Below the pieces are notes generated by a model, which ran no database searches, was not told the DNA's origin, and saw only the letters and a program-made list of their open reading frames with translations. Of a stretch of 64,000 bases of DNA, positions 28,261-38,626 are shown piece after piece (position 1 is the first letter of the stretch; every line of letters starts with the position of its first letter). Source of the DNA: an uncultured Pseudomonadales bacterium (lineage in GTDB: Bacteria; Patescibacteriota; Microgenomatia; UBA1400; CAYXSR01); the NCBI GenBank assembly GCA_964430265.1, contig CAYSEI010000003.1, positions 65,070 through 129,069 on the forward strand. The letters run 5' to 3'. The position numbers were made by a program, and so were the translations under genes.

Positions 28261-31200
28261 TTATTTTGTTACCCATTCTGGATGTTCACGTTGCTTGTAT
28301 TTCTCTAACAGGGGTTTAAGTGCTTCAATATCTTTTATTTCTAGGTGAACTCCTTCTTTTAACAAATCCTTAAGTCTTGTTGCTTTGTTTTCAGAAGAAA
28401 AATCTATTTCAAGTCTTTCTGCAGCTTCTTGAAAAGATTGGCACTGGTCAATTTCTTGGTCAAAGCGTAATTGATAACTGTTTTCTGGTAACCCGAGAAA
28501 GAAAAAAGTGCGGTCTAAATATTCTCTTAATTTTTGGCAGGAAGCAGCAAAATCATTTTTTGTATCTACGGGATTGTTTTCTTCTTTATGTCCATAGAGA
28601 TACAGAAGTCTTAGATAGTACCTAATGTAAGTTTCAAAATGCATCTGCATATTTTCTTTTGTGAGTTCAGCATTAGGTGGTAGGGGTTGTTTTAGAATAC
28701 TGTCAATTCCTTTGTCTGAAATTCTTTCTCGATCTTCAAATTGTAAATATGAATAATGCATTGGTAAACCTTCCCAAATAGCGGCTAGATTTCTTCTAGG
28801 ATCATCAAGTGCCATCAAATATCTACCTCTTCTCCATAGATCTTTTGGCTTTAGTTTTTTTTCTGATGCTTTTTTTCTAATGCTTTTTCTTAATCTCTTG
28901 TTAAGATCAATCTCTTCTGCTAATCTGTAATCTGGATTGAATCCTCCTGCCTCAGAATATAATGAACTACGATAAACGCCACAACCTAATAAACTTTTTC
29001 TTTGTGTGTATTGAAGATTCATGATCTCTCTAAATCTTTCCACAACGTGTAAGAGAGGTATATGTTCGTATATTTCTGGAGAAAAATCTGCTCGAAAATT
29101 ATATTGTTCTATTTGTGGAGATTGTTCGGAAAGCTTTAGTACACGATTGATATATTCAGGGTTTCTTGCAAAAGCATCTGCGCCTCCAGTTTTCATGAGT
29201 AGATTTGCCTTTTCCTCTGAATTTTTTCTTTTTGAATTTCTGAGAACAACAAGGTCTGCGGGAAGGGTGTATACTAATCCCATTCTAACGCCACCTTTGA
29301 CTGTTACTGTTTTATCTCCAAATTTAACTTCTTCGGCTTTTCCTGAAGGAGGAAAATTAAAAGTCTTTTTTATTGTATGAATATTATATCTTTGATAATC
29401 AGGGTGTTCTTTTAATTCTTGGATTTTTTCATACGTTTCATCAAATTCAACATCTTTATTTGGTCTGTTGATCAATACGATTATTTCAAAAAGATCTGGA
29501 TCTAAGGGTTCTCCATTTTCAGTAAATTGTTCAACCCAGTCTTTTAAAGTGTCTTGAATATTTTGTTCCTCTAGATAAGCAGGGATTACAATTGAGAAAC
29601 GACACTCTTCCTTCATTGGTGGAAGCTGAGAATTTATTTGTTTAAGCTCGGCAAAAAAACTTCTTTCTCCGCCATTTAATCTATATAAAGTTTTTAGTAC
29701 TCTTGGATTTGAACTTTCTAATGTCCATCTTTCTTTAAGCCTGTTTAAGTAATTGTCTTGTGCCTGAAGCCTTTCTTTAATAAGTTTTTCTGGAGTTTGA
29801 TGGGAGGATTCTCTTTTATCTAATCGTTCTTGTTTTTTTTTACCAGTTTTGTCAGTATTTTCAAAGCAAACAGCAGAAACATTATCGCCTGAATAAATAC
29901 CAGATTCTTTATTTGTTAGTGTGTTGACTATTTGTTCTGGTGTTTCCATTTCTGAAATATGTTGTTCTAAATGTTTAGCATATATTTCTCTTGTTATTTC
30001 TCTTCTTGCTTCAGGAGTTAATTTTCTCCATTCTTGACTTATGTTTCTTTCGTTTAATATTTGTCTATAAATTTCTTCTAAGGTTCTTGCTGCTTTTTCT
30101 TTGGGTTCTATTCCTTCCCAGACCCCATCGCAACACAATAAGACCCTCTCTCCTTTTTTAATTTCAATTGAAAATGTAGAAATTTTATTTTCGTCTAATT
30201 TTCTCCCTTTTTCTATTGCAGCTAGAATTCCGCTTCTTTGTGGGTGTGTAATCATTTCGGTAGGAGTAATAACTCCTTGAATTGTCTGTTTCCATACCAA
30301 GCTATCATCATCAGTTAATAATTCAACTTTTCCGTCCTTTCCTATTTTATATCCACGAGTGTCTCCTATATTTGCCCCAACAACGTTATTTCCTTGCTGT
30401 AATGAAATGGTTATTGTTGATCCGCTTCCATGTGGGACTGCAGAAAGATTATTAGTGATACTATCTGCTTTAATCAAAGCTTGTTTAAGGAGGTCTTCAT
30501 TAATTGAATATCCTTTTTCCACTTTGCTAACTAAATTTTGGACAGTAGCAAGTACAATTGCTGAAGAATGAATTTCTCCTCCATGGTAACCACCCATTCC
30601 GTCTGCAACTATGCTGATATTATCAATCTTACCTTCTTTTTTAAGCTTATTATATTTTCCCTCCAGTTCTTTAGCATTAATTTGCAGTTGATCTTCAAGA
30701 GTTTTTATATCTTCAGCATTTAAAATAAAGTTTCCGTCGACAAATATTCCATCTTCATCAGTACTCCTTCCTCCTTTTTCAGTTTTTCCGGCAGTTGTTT
30801 CTGTATAAACAGCATTTTCTTCGATTCGTACTTCTGTTTCAAAGCTAACAGTTGATGGGAGATTCTCCTTTGGCTGTATTCTTAGTTTATCTTGAATTTG
30901 TTTTATTTGCTCAACAATTGGTGTCTCTGATAAGCTTACTTTTGTTTTTCTCGCTATTTCTTTAATCCTTTTTTTTGGAGAAAGTCTTCTTAATTCTTGC
31001 TTTTCTGCTTCAGAGATCTCTAATGAATTATATAGTTCTTCATAAGTTGGAATATTTTTGATTGCTTCATACTCTGGATATTCAAATTTTTTTGATTTTA
31101 TCTCGTGTTCTGGATAACTTGTTTTTGAAACAACAAATTCCTGATATTCAGGGTATTCTTGATAATAGTCAGGATATTCTTCTGCGTACTCGTCTTCATA

Positions 31201-34200
31201 AATTGGAGAGACTAAGCTAGGAGAATGTTGTTCTTTTTCTCCCATTTCCAATGCTCTTCTGCCAGGGCGGAAAATGCTTGGCGGCCATGCTGTTATTTCC
31301 TGTATTTTCTGCGGCAATGCAAAAGATATGCTTTTAAGTTGTTCTTCAACAATTTTGGTTACAGGTCTGACCAAATCAATTGCTGCTTTTGGCACTTCTA
31401 TAATATTAGGGACTGTTTCTTCTGTTACGATTTCTCCTACACTGTCAGTGCCTTTGTATGTTGCAACCGGCATAATATCCGTAACTCCTTCTGCTGCGTC
31501 TTTGATCTGGGCAATTTCTACATAAGCGCCCAAAAATTTGCCGTCTTCAAATAGCTGTGCAACCGGGCTTTCCGCAGGAATACGTGCAACTCCGCTGGCA
31601 TTAAATTCAAAGACAAAAGTGCGGGAAGTATCGGCACTGGATGGTGTTATTATTAATTTTGCTGCATTTTGTTTTACAAACTGACCAACATTTAAACTAG
31701 TTCCCGGTAGTTGTGTTGAAGTGGCGTCTCCAAGATCTCTAAATGACTGAATGACATTACCAGCTTCGTCAACTTTGGGAATTGCCAATCCCAGCTCTGA
31801 ATATTCATAAGGGCCGTCCGGGGTCATATTGTCCCACCAACCCCTTCTTATTACACTTTTAACACCCTTGGCATTATGTATCCATTCACTTATTTTTTTG
31901 GTTACCCTAGTTGTTGTTTCGCCGTCTTGAATATATCTTTTTCTGCTTGAGAAGTCGAGTAAACCCGATTTCTGAACCTGCTGGCGGATTACAGCTTGAT
32001 TAACTATTTCTCCATCAGAATTAAGCTGGATGTTTTTTAATAAAGGAATGTCTTCATTATTAGTTAACAAAGAATAAGTATCTTTTCCAGTTGCTTGTAA
32101 GTGTGTTCCTTCCGGAATTTCCAAAGATGCTTGTTCGTGGCCAATTCTTAATCTTTCAAGAGCATCATAAGCTTTTTCAGTTGGCTCTTGGATTACTTCG
32201 GGTCTGCTGATTGTAGCAACACTTGTTCTTAAAGTACTGACGCCGTGATCTTCCAAAGTATTTTTAATTGCATCAATATCTTGGCTGATATTAGTTATTT
32301 TTTCTCCGTTGGGCAGAGTGATGTCAACTGTGTCTGTTGCTTCGTTAATTTCAAAGCTTGAACCTTCGGGCAGAAAAGCTTTTTCTCCATCATCAAGCGC
32401 CATTGCAACAGTTGGTCCCAATTCCGGGGGAGGGGCAGCTTCTTTAAGGATTCCGAGTTTTTGCAGACCTTTTTCAATTAAAGGGACAGTCTCAAGTTCA
32501 TGTCCAAGAACTTTTTCCCTAAACAAGTGGACGCCTTCCTGGGCCAAAGCGCTGATTACAAATCCTTGAGCGGCGCGGCTCACTGCTCTTAGTCCGGAAC
32601 GTTTAACCCGCCACCTGTTAAATGATTTGTTAATTTCCTTTATTCCCTGAATTTCTGCTGTATCAACGTCATTGCTGACTCCGTCCAAAAGCTTATTTCG
32701 GTGGTAATCGGTTAAATCAGCTATTAAATTATCCGGTTCAATAGTTATTTCATCGTGTTCTTTACTGTATTGCTGCAGTCTGACTTCTGCTTCGGCCAGA
32801 TTGGAAACCAAATCTGATTTTTTACCTTCACTTTGCTCCAGCCCAACAATTAAAGTGTCAATTTCATGTTCATTATTTAAAGAAATTCTAGCTTTTGCCT
32901 CGGCAATAATGGCGCTTGCATTAATAACATCTTGTTCAGTCAGTCTGTCTTTTTGCAAAACTGCATCTAAGGGCTGTAAGATTTCTGAATCAATTTCTTT
33001 CGTGTTGTACAAAAAGCGGGTGAATTCCTGCGTTGGAGTTTTTTCAGGTATTTCCCTTTCCTGAGCAGACCAGCGTGAAACCGCTGTTCTTTCCACTTTT
33101 AGTCTGCCCATTTCATGGAAAAAGCCTCTTATTCCGCCGACAGCGGTAGTAAATACGGGCATTGTTCCAGCAGAAACTAGGCTTGCAAGTTCCTGGTTAC
33201 CGGTCAGTCTTAAGGTAAGGCCGGCAAAACGGGCCGGCAATTTTGCTGCTGAGGTAACCCCAGCTGCAATCGCAGACAAAGTTGTTTCGTGTAGTCCGAC
33301 GTTAATAGTTTTACCCAGGATACTTAATTCTGGTTTATTTTTAATAATTTTTTCCACTGCTTGCTCGGTAATATTTCTTTCTTGTTTTGTTCTAGCGCCA
33401 AAATGTGCTGTTCCTAAAGCAACTTGTAGTTCAGTTTCAGACAATTCTCCTAAGCATTGTTCAAGAGTCTCTTGAAGATCTCCTTCAATTCGGGCGCGTC
33501 CGGCTTGGTGGTGCAGCCAGGTTTTCATTTCATTGGCTGTTTCCAAAAGGGTGTCTCCGTAAAAAAGGGAGGAGGGAAGTAATTCAGGTTTTTTCTTAGC
33601 AATTTCCCGGGCATAATCATGGACTTTGCTGATAAAGCCTTCTTCTGTCATACCTTGTGTAGGAATCTCAAACCCTTCAATTGTTTGCGCATCGGGCATT
33701 AATCCTGATGCCGCATATTCAATTGCCAAGTTTCTTAGACTATCAACAATCCCTTTATGAAACGTATCAGCTTCAGGATTTAGAAGAACAACTCTTTCTC
33801 CGCTGGAAGTGATGAGTTCTTTTTTCTTAGCAAATATATCTTCCGCCTCAGGCAGGAAACGCTGTGCCATTTCTGTCATTGCTTTTCTGTGGGCTTCCAT
33901 CCCGGCCTGACCAGCAAAAATGTTTTCTTCTTGCTCAATTCTTTTTTGTGCGTCTGCAGTTGCCCTAAAGTCAAAATATTCTTTGGCCAAATCATGCTTC
34001 CAGACTCGAACCGCAAATTCCTTTGCCCGCTTAAAAAATCCAGCTTCTTTGTATGCTTCAACAGCGCCAGTAAAAACACTGCCCATTTTATTTAGGAATC
34101 CTGAGGAATTTTTAAAATGTTTTCTTACATAAGAAAGTACACCTTTCTGACTACCGACGGTTTCAGTTCTTTCAAGCATCCCCATATCTCTTGCCATTTC

Positions 34201-37164
34201 AACTTCTGCCCGTGGAGCAGCTGCAAGAGCTGCTCTAAATACTTCACTCAATTCCGGCTCCGGTTCTTTCCCAGAAACTGTTATGTCTTCAGAATCATCA
34301 TATTCTTCAGTGTGAGTATTTTCTTCATATTCAGTATCTTCGTATTCAACGTCGGGATATTCTGTTTGGGAAGTAGGAGTTTCTGTAGAAGTTTCTAGAT
34401 CAGAGGCTTCAGCTTTTTCCTCAATTTCAAGATCATCTTTAGGTATGCCTATTTGTTCATAAACTGTAACTTTTTCTTGGTCAGGCAATGATTCCAAAGT
34501 GTCTTTGTTTTGAATAAATTTTCTTTCCGGAATTGTTTTTGATTTTAGAATATCAGGTCTTTCCGGAGAAGTAGGCTTATCCGGAAATTCGGGAACGTCG
34601 ACTGCTCGGCGTCTTTCAAAAAGAGTGAGACCTTTTAAAACGTGTTCGGAAATGTCACTCATCCGCAATTCTCTTGGAGATCCGTCTTTTCCCTCGCCGA
34701 CCTTCCGTGTCCAGCGAGTTCTTAATTTATCTCCTTGTTTTGTAAAGCTTCTGCCTTGCTGTTTTTCTTCTTCAGTAAAATATTCGTCCATAAACTGTTC
34801 AAAGCTTAATGATCGAAGCCGGTTAAACTCTTCCCAAGCTTGATTTAATTCGGGGTTTTCTTCTGTGTTAAAAGGATTGTTTTCTGTATCAGCATTTTGT
34901 ATGACGGTTTTTAATTTTTCTTTTACTTGTTCAGTTGTTAATTCACCGGTTTGTAAAATTGGGGTAAGTTTTTGGGAAACAATTTGTAAGGTCTGTAAAT
35001 CCATAAAAGGTGTTTCGGAAAATCCTTTTCTTTCTTCTGATAGTGCTTGCATTTCTCCGGTTATATTCTCCAAGCTCCAGTCAATTTGGCTGGCCAGGCT
35101 TTGCCTCTCTCCACTTTTCTGTATTTTGGTTCGTTGTTCTTTTACATTCCCAGTTTGCTGTTCAAAAGCTTGTATTTTTTGTTGGTATTCTTCCAACTGG
35201 TGTTGGTATTCTTGTTGAGCATTTTGGTAGCGGACAACATCTACTGCCATGGACCCAATAACACTGCGCACATTATTTCTGTCCAAACCGCTCAATACTT
35301 TTAAGGCGGTAGAAGTGCGTACACTTGGATCGGAGAAATATCCAGAGCGGTCGGCAATTTCTTGAATTTGGCTGAGTAGTTTTTCTACTGAAGTTTCCGA
35401 GTTTTCTTGTTTTAGCTCCTTTAAAATATTTCTGATTGTTTCAACAGCTTTTTGTGACCCTGGTTTGTTTAAAAACTCATCAATGTCTAATTCTTCTCCG
35501 GTTTCAACAACTAAGGGAAACTTAATGTCTTCAATCGTTTCTATTTCCGGTGCTTTAACAGCAACTTCTGCGGTTTCTTCACCTTTGTCTGCAATTTCTG
35601 TTTCTGCTTCCGGTTCTTTATCCGGCTGGTATTCTTCCTCGTAGTCTCCGTGCAATGCATGTTCAGAAGCATCACCCCTTCTGGCATGTTCTGTTTGGAT
35701 ATTTTCATGATCATCCAGTGATTCGGTTTTTTCTGGCTTTTTTAAGGAGAGATTTTCTTTATCAACCAGTATTTTGTCGCCTTCCTGCGGAACTAGGCTG
35801 ATTCTTTTAACAACTTCCCAGTTATAAAAGTCTCCGGGCCTTGTTTGTGTGTGGGCTGGTCCGGATCCGGAATCTGTAATGACTGCAATTTGTTGCAGAT
35901 CCAAGTCTTTTAAATATTCATTGTTTGTATTCAGGGATATTTTTTCCAGTTTTTTACCATTAGGAAGTTCAATAGGCTCATTTAAATAGAGTGTGGTGCC
36001 TTGCTGATCTTCTTGTTCAACTGCTTCTGGGTTGGCTACTTTAATTTTTACAATTTCATCTTTTTGTTTTTCTGTTTCTGTTGGCAGTGGTTCTTCTGAG
36101 ATTTCTTCTCCCGGCACTCCATTTGGATATACGGTTTCAAAAAGGCCGGGAAAATATTGGTCGACCACTTCTCTTGGTAGTCCTTCGGCATAGTCTAAAA
36201 AGTCTTTTTGGTATTCTGCAAGTTCTTGGGCAAGCTTGGGATATTTTTTAATAGCTTCTGGACTAGTAAGCGTTTTCTGTTCAGTAATTGCTTGTTTGTT
36301 TCTCCAGTCAAGAAGACCCTTTTCCATTAATTCTTTTACGCTTGTACTGGGAAAATCAAACTTTTGTGTCTGATCAGTTGCAATTGCTGCCTCACCAACA
36401 CCTTTGTTTTTTAATTCAATTGAAAGATTATTAATTGCTTCTTGAACTTCGCTTAGATATGAATCCAAGCTTTCTTTATTTTCTTGATAATATGAATTTC
36501 TTTGCTCTACGGACATAATTTCTTGCTCTTTTTGCCCGGTTTCTTCTGTTGAAGCCTGGGGTTGTTCTTCCTGGTTTAAAACGCGTCCGCTTTCATCAAA
36601 GTCTTGTTGAGGTTGTACTTCTTGTTCAGTTTTAATATCGCCGTATTCGTCAATTTCTGGTTTCTTTTGGGTTTGCATATTGGGTTCTTGTTCAGGTTCA
36701 TCTTGTTTTTTTGACTCTTTTAAAATTGATGTTGGTGCTTTTTTATGAATTTCTCTGATTTGTGCCATAATTCTGTAAGAAGACTTGTTCAATCGTTTGA
36801 TTGTCTCCCCACTTATCCCCGGTTTTTTTACTGCTTCAATTAACTGTTGACTTTTTTCATTTAATTGTTGCAAGGTTTGTTTTAAAGCCTCTTTGCCTCC
36901 TGGATAGTTTTGAACCCACTCAGCTTTTTTTTCCGGAGTCCATTCCTTTTGTTCTTGGATGTCAGGACCTGAAGTGGTTTCGGTTGTTTCTTTTTGTTTT
37001 GGTTGGGCTGTTTCAATTTCCGGAGTGCTTTCCGCGGCAGGTTTTTCTTGGACAGGGACTTCTGCATCCGGAGTTTCTACAGAGCCGGGCTCTTCTACTG
37101 AAGCGGGTGATTCTTTTGGTACATCGGGATTAATATTAGCTTCTGGATTCTTGGTTTCCGGCAT
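28261..37164 (-). CDS. Giant 2967-aa protein with PP2C phosphatase and GT2 glycosyltransferase domains at the C-terminus
   Basis: DEDG, VADGMGG, NIGDTR, LTDDDS, LLCCDG, GDNVS (PP2C); IVIPAYLEE, FEIIVLIN, GGFNPDY..AEEIDL (GT2). Confidence 0.85.
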   Translation of the reverse strand: MPETKNPEANINPDVPKESPASVEEPGSVETPDAEVPVQEKPAAESTPEIETAQPKQKETTETTSGPDIQEQKEWTPEKKAEWVQNYPGGKEALKQTLQQLNEKSQQLIEAVKKPGISGETIKRLNKSSYRIMAQIREIHKKAPTSILKESKKQDEPEQEPNMQTQKKPEIDEYGDIKTEQEVQPQQDFDESGRVLNQEEQPQASTEETGQKEQEIMSVEQRNSYYQENKESLDSYLSEVQEAINNLSIELKNKGVGEAAIATDQTQKFDFPSTSVKELMEKGLLDWRNKQAITEQKTLTSPEAIKKYPKLAQELAEYQKDFLDYAEGLPREVVDQYFPGLFETVYPNGVPGEEISEEPLPTETEKQKDEIVKIKVANPEAVEQEDQQGTTLYLNEPIELPNGKKLEKISLNTNNEYLKDLDLQQIAVITDSGSGPAHTQTRPGDFYNWEVVKRISLVPQEGDKILVDKENLSLKKPEKTESLDDHENIQTEHARRGDASEHALHGDYEEEYQPDKEPEAETEIADKGEETAEVAVKAPEIETIEDIKFPLVVETGEELDIDEFLNKPGSQKAVETIRNILKELKQENSETSVEKLLSQIQEIADRSGYFSDPSVRTSTALKVLSGLDRNNVRSVIGSMAVDVVRYQNAQQEYQHQLEEYQQKIQAFEQQTGNVKEQRTKIQKSGERQSLASQIDWSLENITGEMQALSEERKGFSETPFMDLQTLQIVSQKLTPILQTGELTTEQVKEKLKTVIQNADTENNPFNTEENPELNQAWEEFNRLRSLSFEQFMDEYFTEEEKQQGRSFTKQGDKLRTRWTRKVGEGKDGSPRELRMSDISEHVLKGLTLFERRRAVDVPEFPDKPTSPERPDILKSKTIPERKFIQNKDTLESLPDQEKVTVYEQIGIPKDDLEIEEKAEASDLETSTETPTSQTEYPDVEYEDTEYEENTHTEEYDDSEDITVSGKEPEPELSEVFRAALAAAPRAEVEMARDMGMLERTETVGSQKGVLSYVRKHFKNSSGFLNKMGSVFTGAVEAYKEAGFFKRAKEFAVRVWKHDLAKEYFDFRATADAQKRIEQEENIFAGQAGMEAHRKAMTEMAQRFLPEAEDIFAKKKELITSSGERVVLLNPEADTFHKGIVDSLRNLAIEYAASGLMPDAQTIEGFEIPTQGMTEEGFISKVHDYAREIAKKKPELLPSSLFYGDTLLETANEMKTWLHHQAGRARIEGDLQETLEQCLGELSETELQVALGTAHFGARTKQERNITEQAVEKIIKNKPELSILGKTINVGLHETTLSAIAAGVTSAAKLPARFAGLTLRLTGNQELASLVSAGTMPVFTTAVGGIRGFFHEMGRLKVERTAVSRWSAQEREIPEKTPTQEFTRFLYNTKEIDSEILQPLDAVLQKDRLTEQDVINASAIIAEAKARISLNNEHEIDTLIVGLEQSEGKKSDLVSNLAEAEVRLQQYSKEHDEITIEPDNLIADLTDYHRNKLLDGVSNDVDTAEIQGIKEINKSFNRWRVKRSGLRAVSRAAQGFVISALAQEGVHLFREKVLGHELETVPLIEKGLQKLGILKEAAPPPELGPTVAMALDDGEKAFLPEGSSFEINEATDTVDITLPNGEKITNISQDIDAIKNTLEDHGVSTLRTSVATISRPEVIQEPTEKAYDALERLRIGHEQASLEIPEGTHLQATGKDTYSLLTNNEDIPLLKNIQLNSDGEIVNQAVIRQQVQKSGLLDFSSRKRYIQDGETTTRVTKKISEWIHNAKGVKSVIRRGWWDNMTPDGPYEYSELGLAIPKVDEAGNVIQSFRDLGDATSTQLPGTSLNVGQFVKQNAAKLIITPSSADTSRTFVFEFNASGVARIPAESPVAQLFEDGKFLGAYVEIAQIKDAAEGVTDIMPVATYKGTDSVGEIVTEETVPNIIEVPKAAIDLVRPVTKIVEEQLKSISFALPQKIQEITAWPPSIFRPGRRALEMGEKEQHSPSLVSPIYEDEYAEEYPDYYQEYPEYQEFVVSKTSYPEHEIKSKKFEYPEYEAIKNIPTYEELYNSLEISEAEKQELRRLSPKKRIKEIARKTKVSLSETPIVEQIKQIQDKLRIQPKENLPSTVSFETEVRIEENAVYTETTAGKTEKGGRSTDEDGIFVDGNFILNAEDIKTLEDQLQINAKELEGKYNKLKKEGKIDNISIVADGMGGYHGGEIHSSAIVLATVQNLVSKVEKGYSINEDLLKQALIKADSITNNLSAVPHGSGSTITISLQQGNNVVGANIGDTRGYKIGKDGKVELLTDDDSLVWKQTIQGVITPTEMITHPQRSGILAAIEKGRKLDENKISTFSIEIKKGERVLLCCDGVWEGIEPKEKAARTLEEIYRQILNERNISQEWRKLTPEARREITREIYAKHLEQHISEMETPEQIVNTLTNKESGIYSGDNVSAVCFENTDKTGKKKQERLDKRESSHQTPEKLIKERLQAQDNYLNRLKERWTLESSNPRVLKTLYRLNGGERSFFAELKQINSQLPPMKEECRFSIVIPAYLEEQNIQDTLKDWVEQFTENGEPLDPDLFEIIVLINRPNKDVEFDETYEKIQELKEHPDYQRYNIHTIKKTFNFPPSGKAEEVKFGDKTVTVKGGVRMGLVYTLPADLVVLRNSKRKNSEEKANLLMKTGGADAFARNPEYINRVLKLSEQSPQIEQYNFRADFSPEIYEHIPLLHVVERFREIMNLQYTQRKSLLGCGVYRSSLYSEAGGFNPDYRLAEEIDLNKRLRKSIRKKASEKKLKPKDLWRRGRYLMALDDPRRNLAAIWEGLPMHYSYLQFEDRERISDKGIDSILKQPLPPNAELTKENMQMHFETYIRYYLRLLYLYGHKEENNPVDTKNDFAASCQKLREYLDRTFFFLGLPENSYQLRFDQEIDQCQSFQEAAERLEIDFSSENKATRLKDLLKEGVHLEIKDIEALKPLLEKYKQREHPEWVTK

Positions 37165-37517
37165 TATATTTTCCCTAGATATTTTTTACGGAAATTGGAA
37201 AGGACGTCAATTAAAAAACTATCAATATCCGGTATCTTTTCTTTGATAAAGTCCTGGGTCTCTTTTTCAGTGGCATTGTTTTCCACCATTTGGACAAATT
37301 CTTTTCTATCTTCTTCCTCCATTTTAGCCAGTATTTTGGCATTAATGGTTCTTTGCAGCAAGTCTTGAAGATCAGCTTTTATTTTTTCAATTACCTGGGG
37401 GTCCATTTTGGCGGGATATTTTTTTTCTTTAACTAGTTGGTCAATAAAAGTTTCAAGGGAAGTATCAGCTTTGCTTTCTTCCGGGGGAGAATTTGTTTGG
37501 TCACTTTGGGCAGGCAT
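37164..37517 (-). CDS. Small helical protein, DUF5663-like
   Basis: L..L.......I...IL..M.EEDR.EF...FIKEKIPD pattern; TAATG coupling to the giant gene; AAAGGAG SD. Confidence 0.6.
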   Translation of the reverse strand: MPAQSDQTNSPPEESKADTSLETFIDQLVKEKKYPAKMDPQVIEKIKADLQDLLQRTINAKILAKMEEEDRKEFVQMVENNATEKETQDFIKEKIPDIDSFLIDVLSNFRKKYLGKI

Positions 37518-37660
37518 AATCGGCTCCTTTAATAATCATAATATTGATTAAAGTTACTATATCATGAAAAAAATCTCTGGTTCAACTGCTAATAATTGAA
37601 AGTTAACATGAGATATACTATTCTAAGATTAGTTAATAATTAAGTTAAAAGGATTTTAAA

Positions 37661-38575
37661 ATGGAAACAGGAGGAAAACCAATGCCGGAAGAAATACAAA
37701 CAAATGTTTCGCAAACAAATGCGGAAGCAGAAGCAGGAAGTGAGAAACAAGTATTAGCCTTGCTGGAGGAAACAGAAAACTTTATAGAAAAAACTGAAAA
37801 AGCAATTGAACAAGCGGATGCAGCAGTAGGTGGGAAAAAAGAAAAAATAGAATCAGAAAACTCAAGCCAGGATGAAAACTCAGATGAAAATTTGGATTTA
37901 GCTACTGCTGAAGCAGTGGCAGACCATTTGGAGGAAGTTGCTAAAAAGGAAGAAGAAAAACTTAATTCTGATCAAACTTCGGCTGAAGTAGGTGCTTTAG
38001 ATACTGCAGAGCAAGGACTGGAAACTGATAGCGCTGATGGAGAAGGTGTGGAATCAACAGAAGATAAAGAAGCTGATGTTAGTGAAGAGCAAATACAAGC
38101 AGGCGAAGAGGCAATGGAAATTTTAGACGAGGAAATTGATCCGGACGATCCGCAGTCTGCGGAAAAATTTACTGAATATAGGCAGAAACTAGTACAGTTG
38201 CTTAAAGATCATTATCACTTTGATAAGTTAAATTCTGAGCAAAAGCAGGCATTACTGGAAAAAATCAGTAATCTAACAATTAAGGATCTAGAAAAGCAAA
38301 ACTTGCAAGTTTTGGCAGAGCAACTGGGTATTGAACCACAACGTTTTTTTGATTTTAAGAATATGGCCTTGTCAGCTTTATTAAAAGGTCATGCACGTAA
38401 AAAAGACGGAAGTTTGGATTTGGACAAGATAGAAAAAGTAAACAAAGCATATTCCAAGTGGTTGAAAGCCAAAGAGATTGCGGATGCGCCGATCGGAGCT
38501 TACAATAATGCAAAAAGCTGGTTTGTCTTTATTTTTGAACAGTTTATGCAGCATGTTGTTGAAGAGAGGGTATAA
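37661..38575 (+). CDS. Hypothetical highly acidic protein
   Basis: 304-aa ORF, E/D-rich disordered N-half, hydrophobic C-terminal patch; start may be 37682 (after AGGAGG). Confidence 0.75.
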   Translation: METGGKPMPEEIQTNVSQTNAEAEAGSEKQVLALLEETENFIEKTEKAIEQADAAVGGKKEKIESENSSQDENSDENLDLATAEAVADHLEEVAKKEEEKLNSDQTSAEVGALDTAEQGLETDSADGEGVESTEDKEADVSEEQIQAGEEAMEILDEEIDPDDPQSAEKFTEYRQKLVQLLKDHYHFDKLNSEQKQALLEKISNLTIKDLEKQNLQVLAEQLGIEPQRFFDFKNMALSALLKGHARKKDGSLDLDKIEKVNKAYSKWLKAKEIADAPIGAYNNAKSWFVFIFEQFMQHVVEERV

Positions 38576-38626
38576 TTTCCTTTTCGGGCTTAATTTGGTA
38601 TAATAACTCCTTAAGAAAGGAGAAGA

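Noticed and set aside
28377-37246. Many short plus-strand ORFs within the giant gene (and similar ones across the window)
   Set aside because: Antisense shadows rich in F/S/L with no motifs or initiation signals
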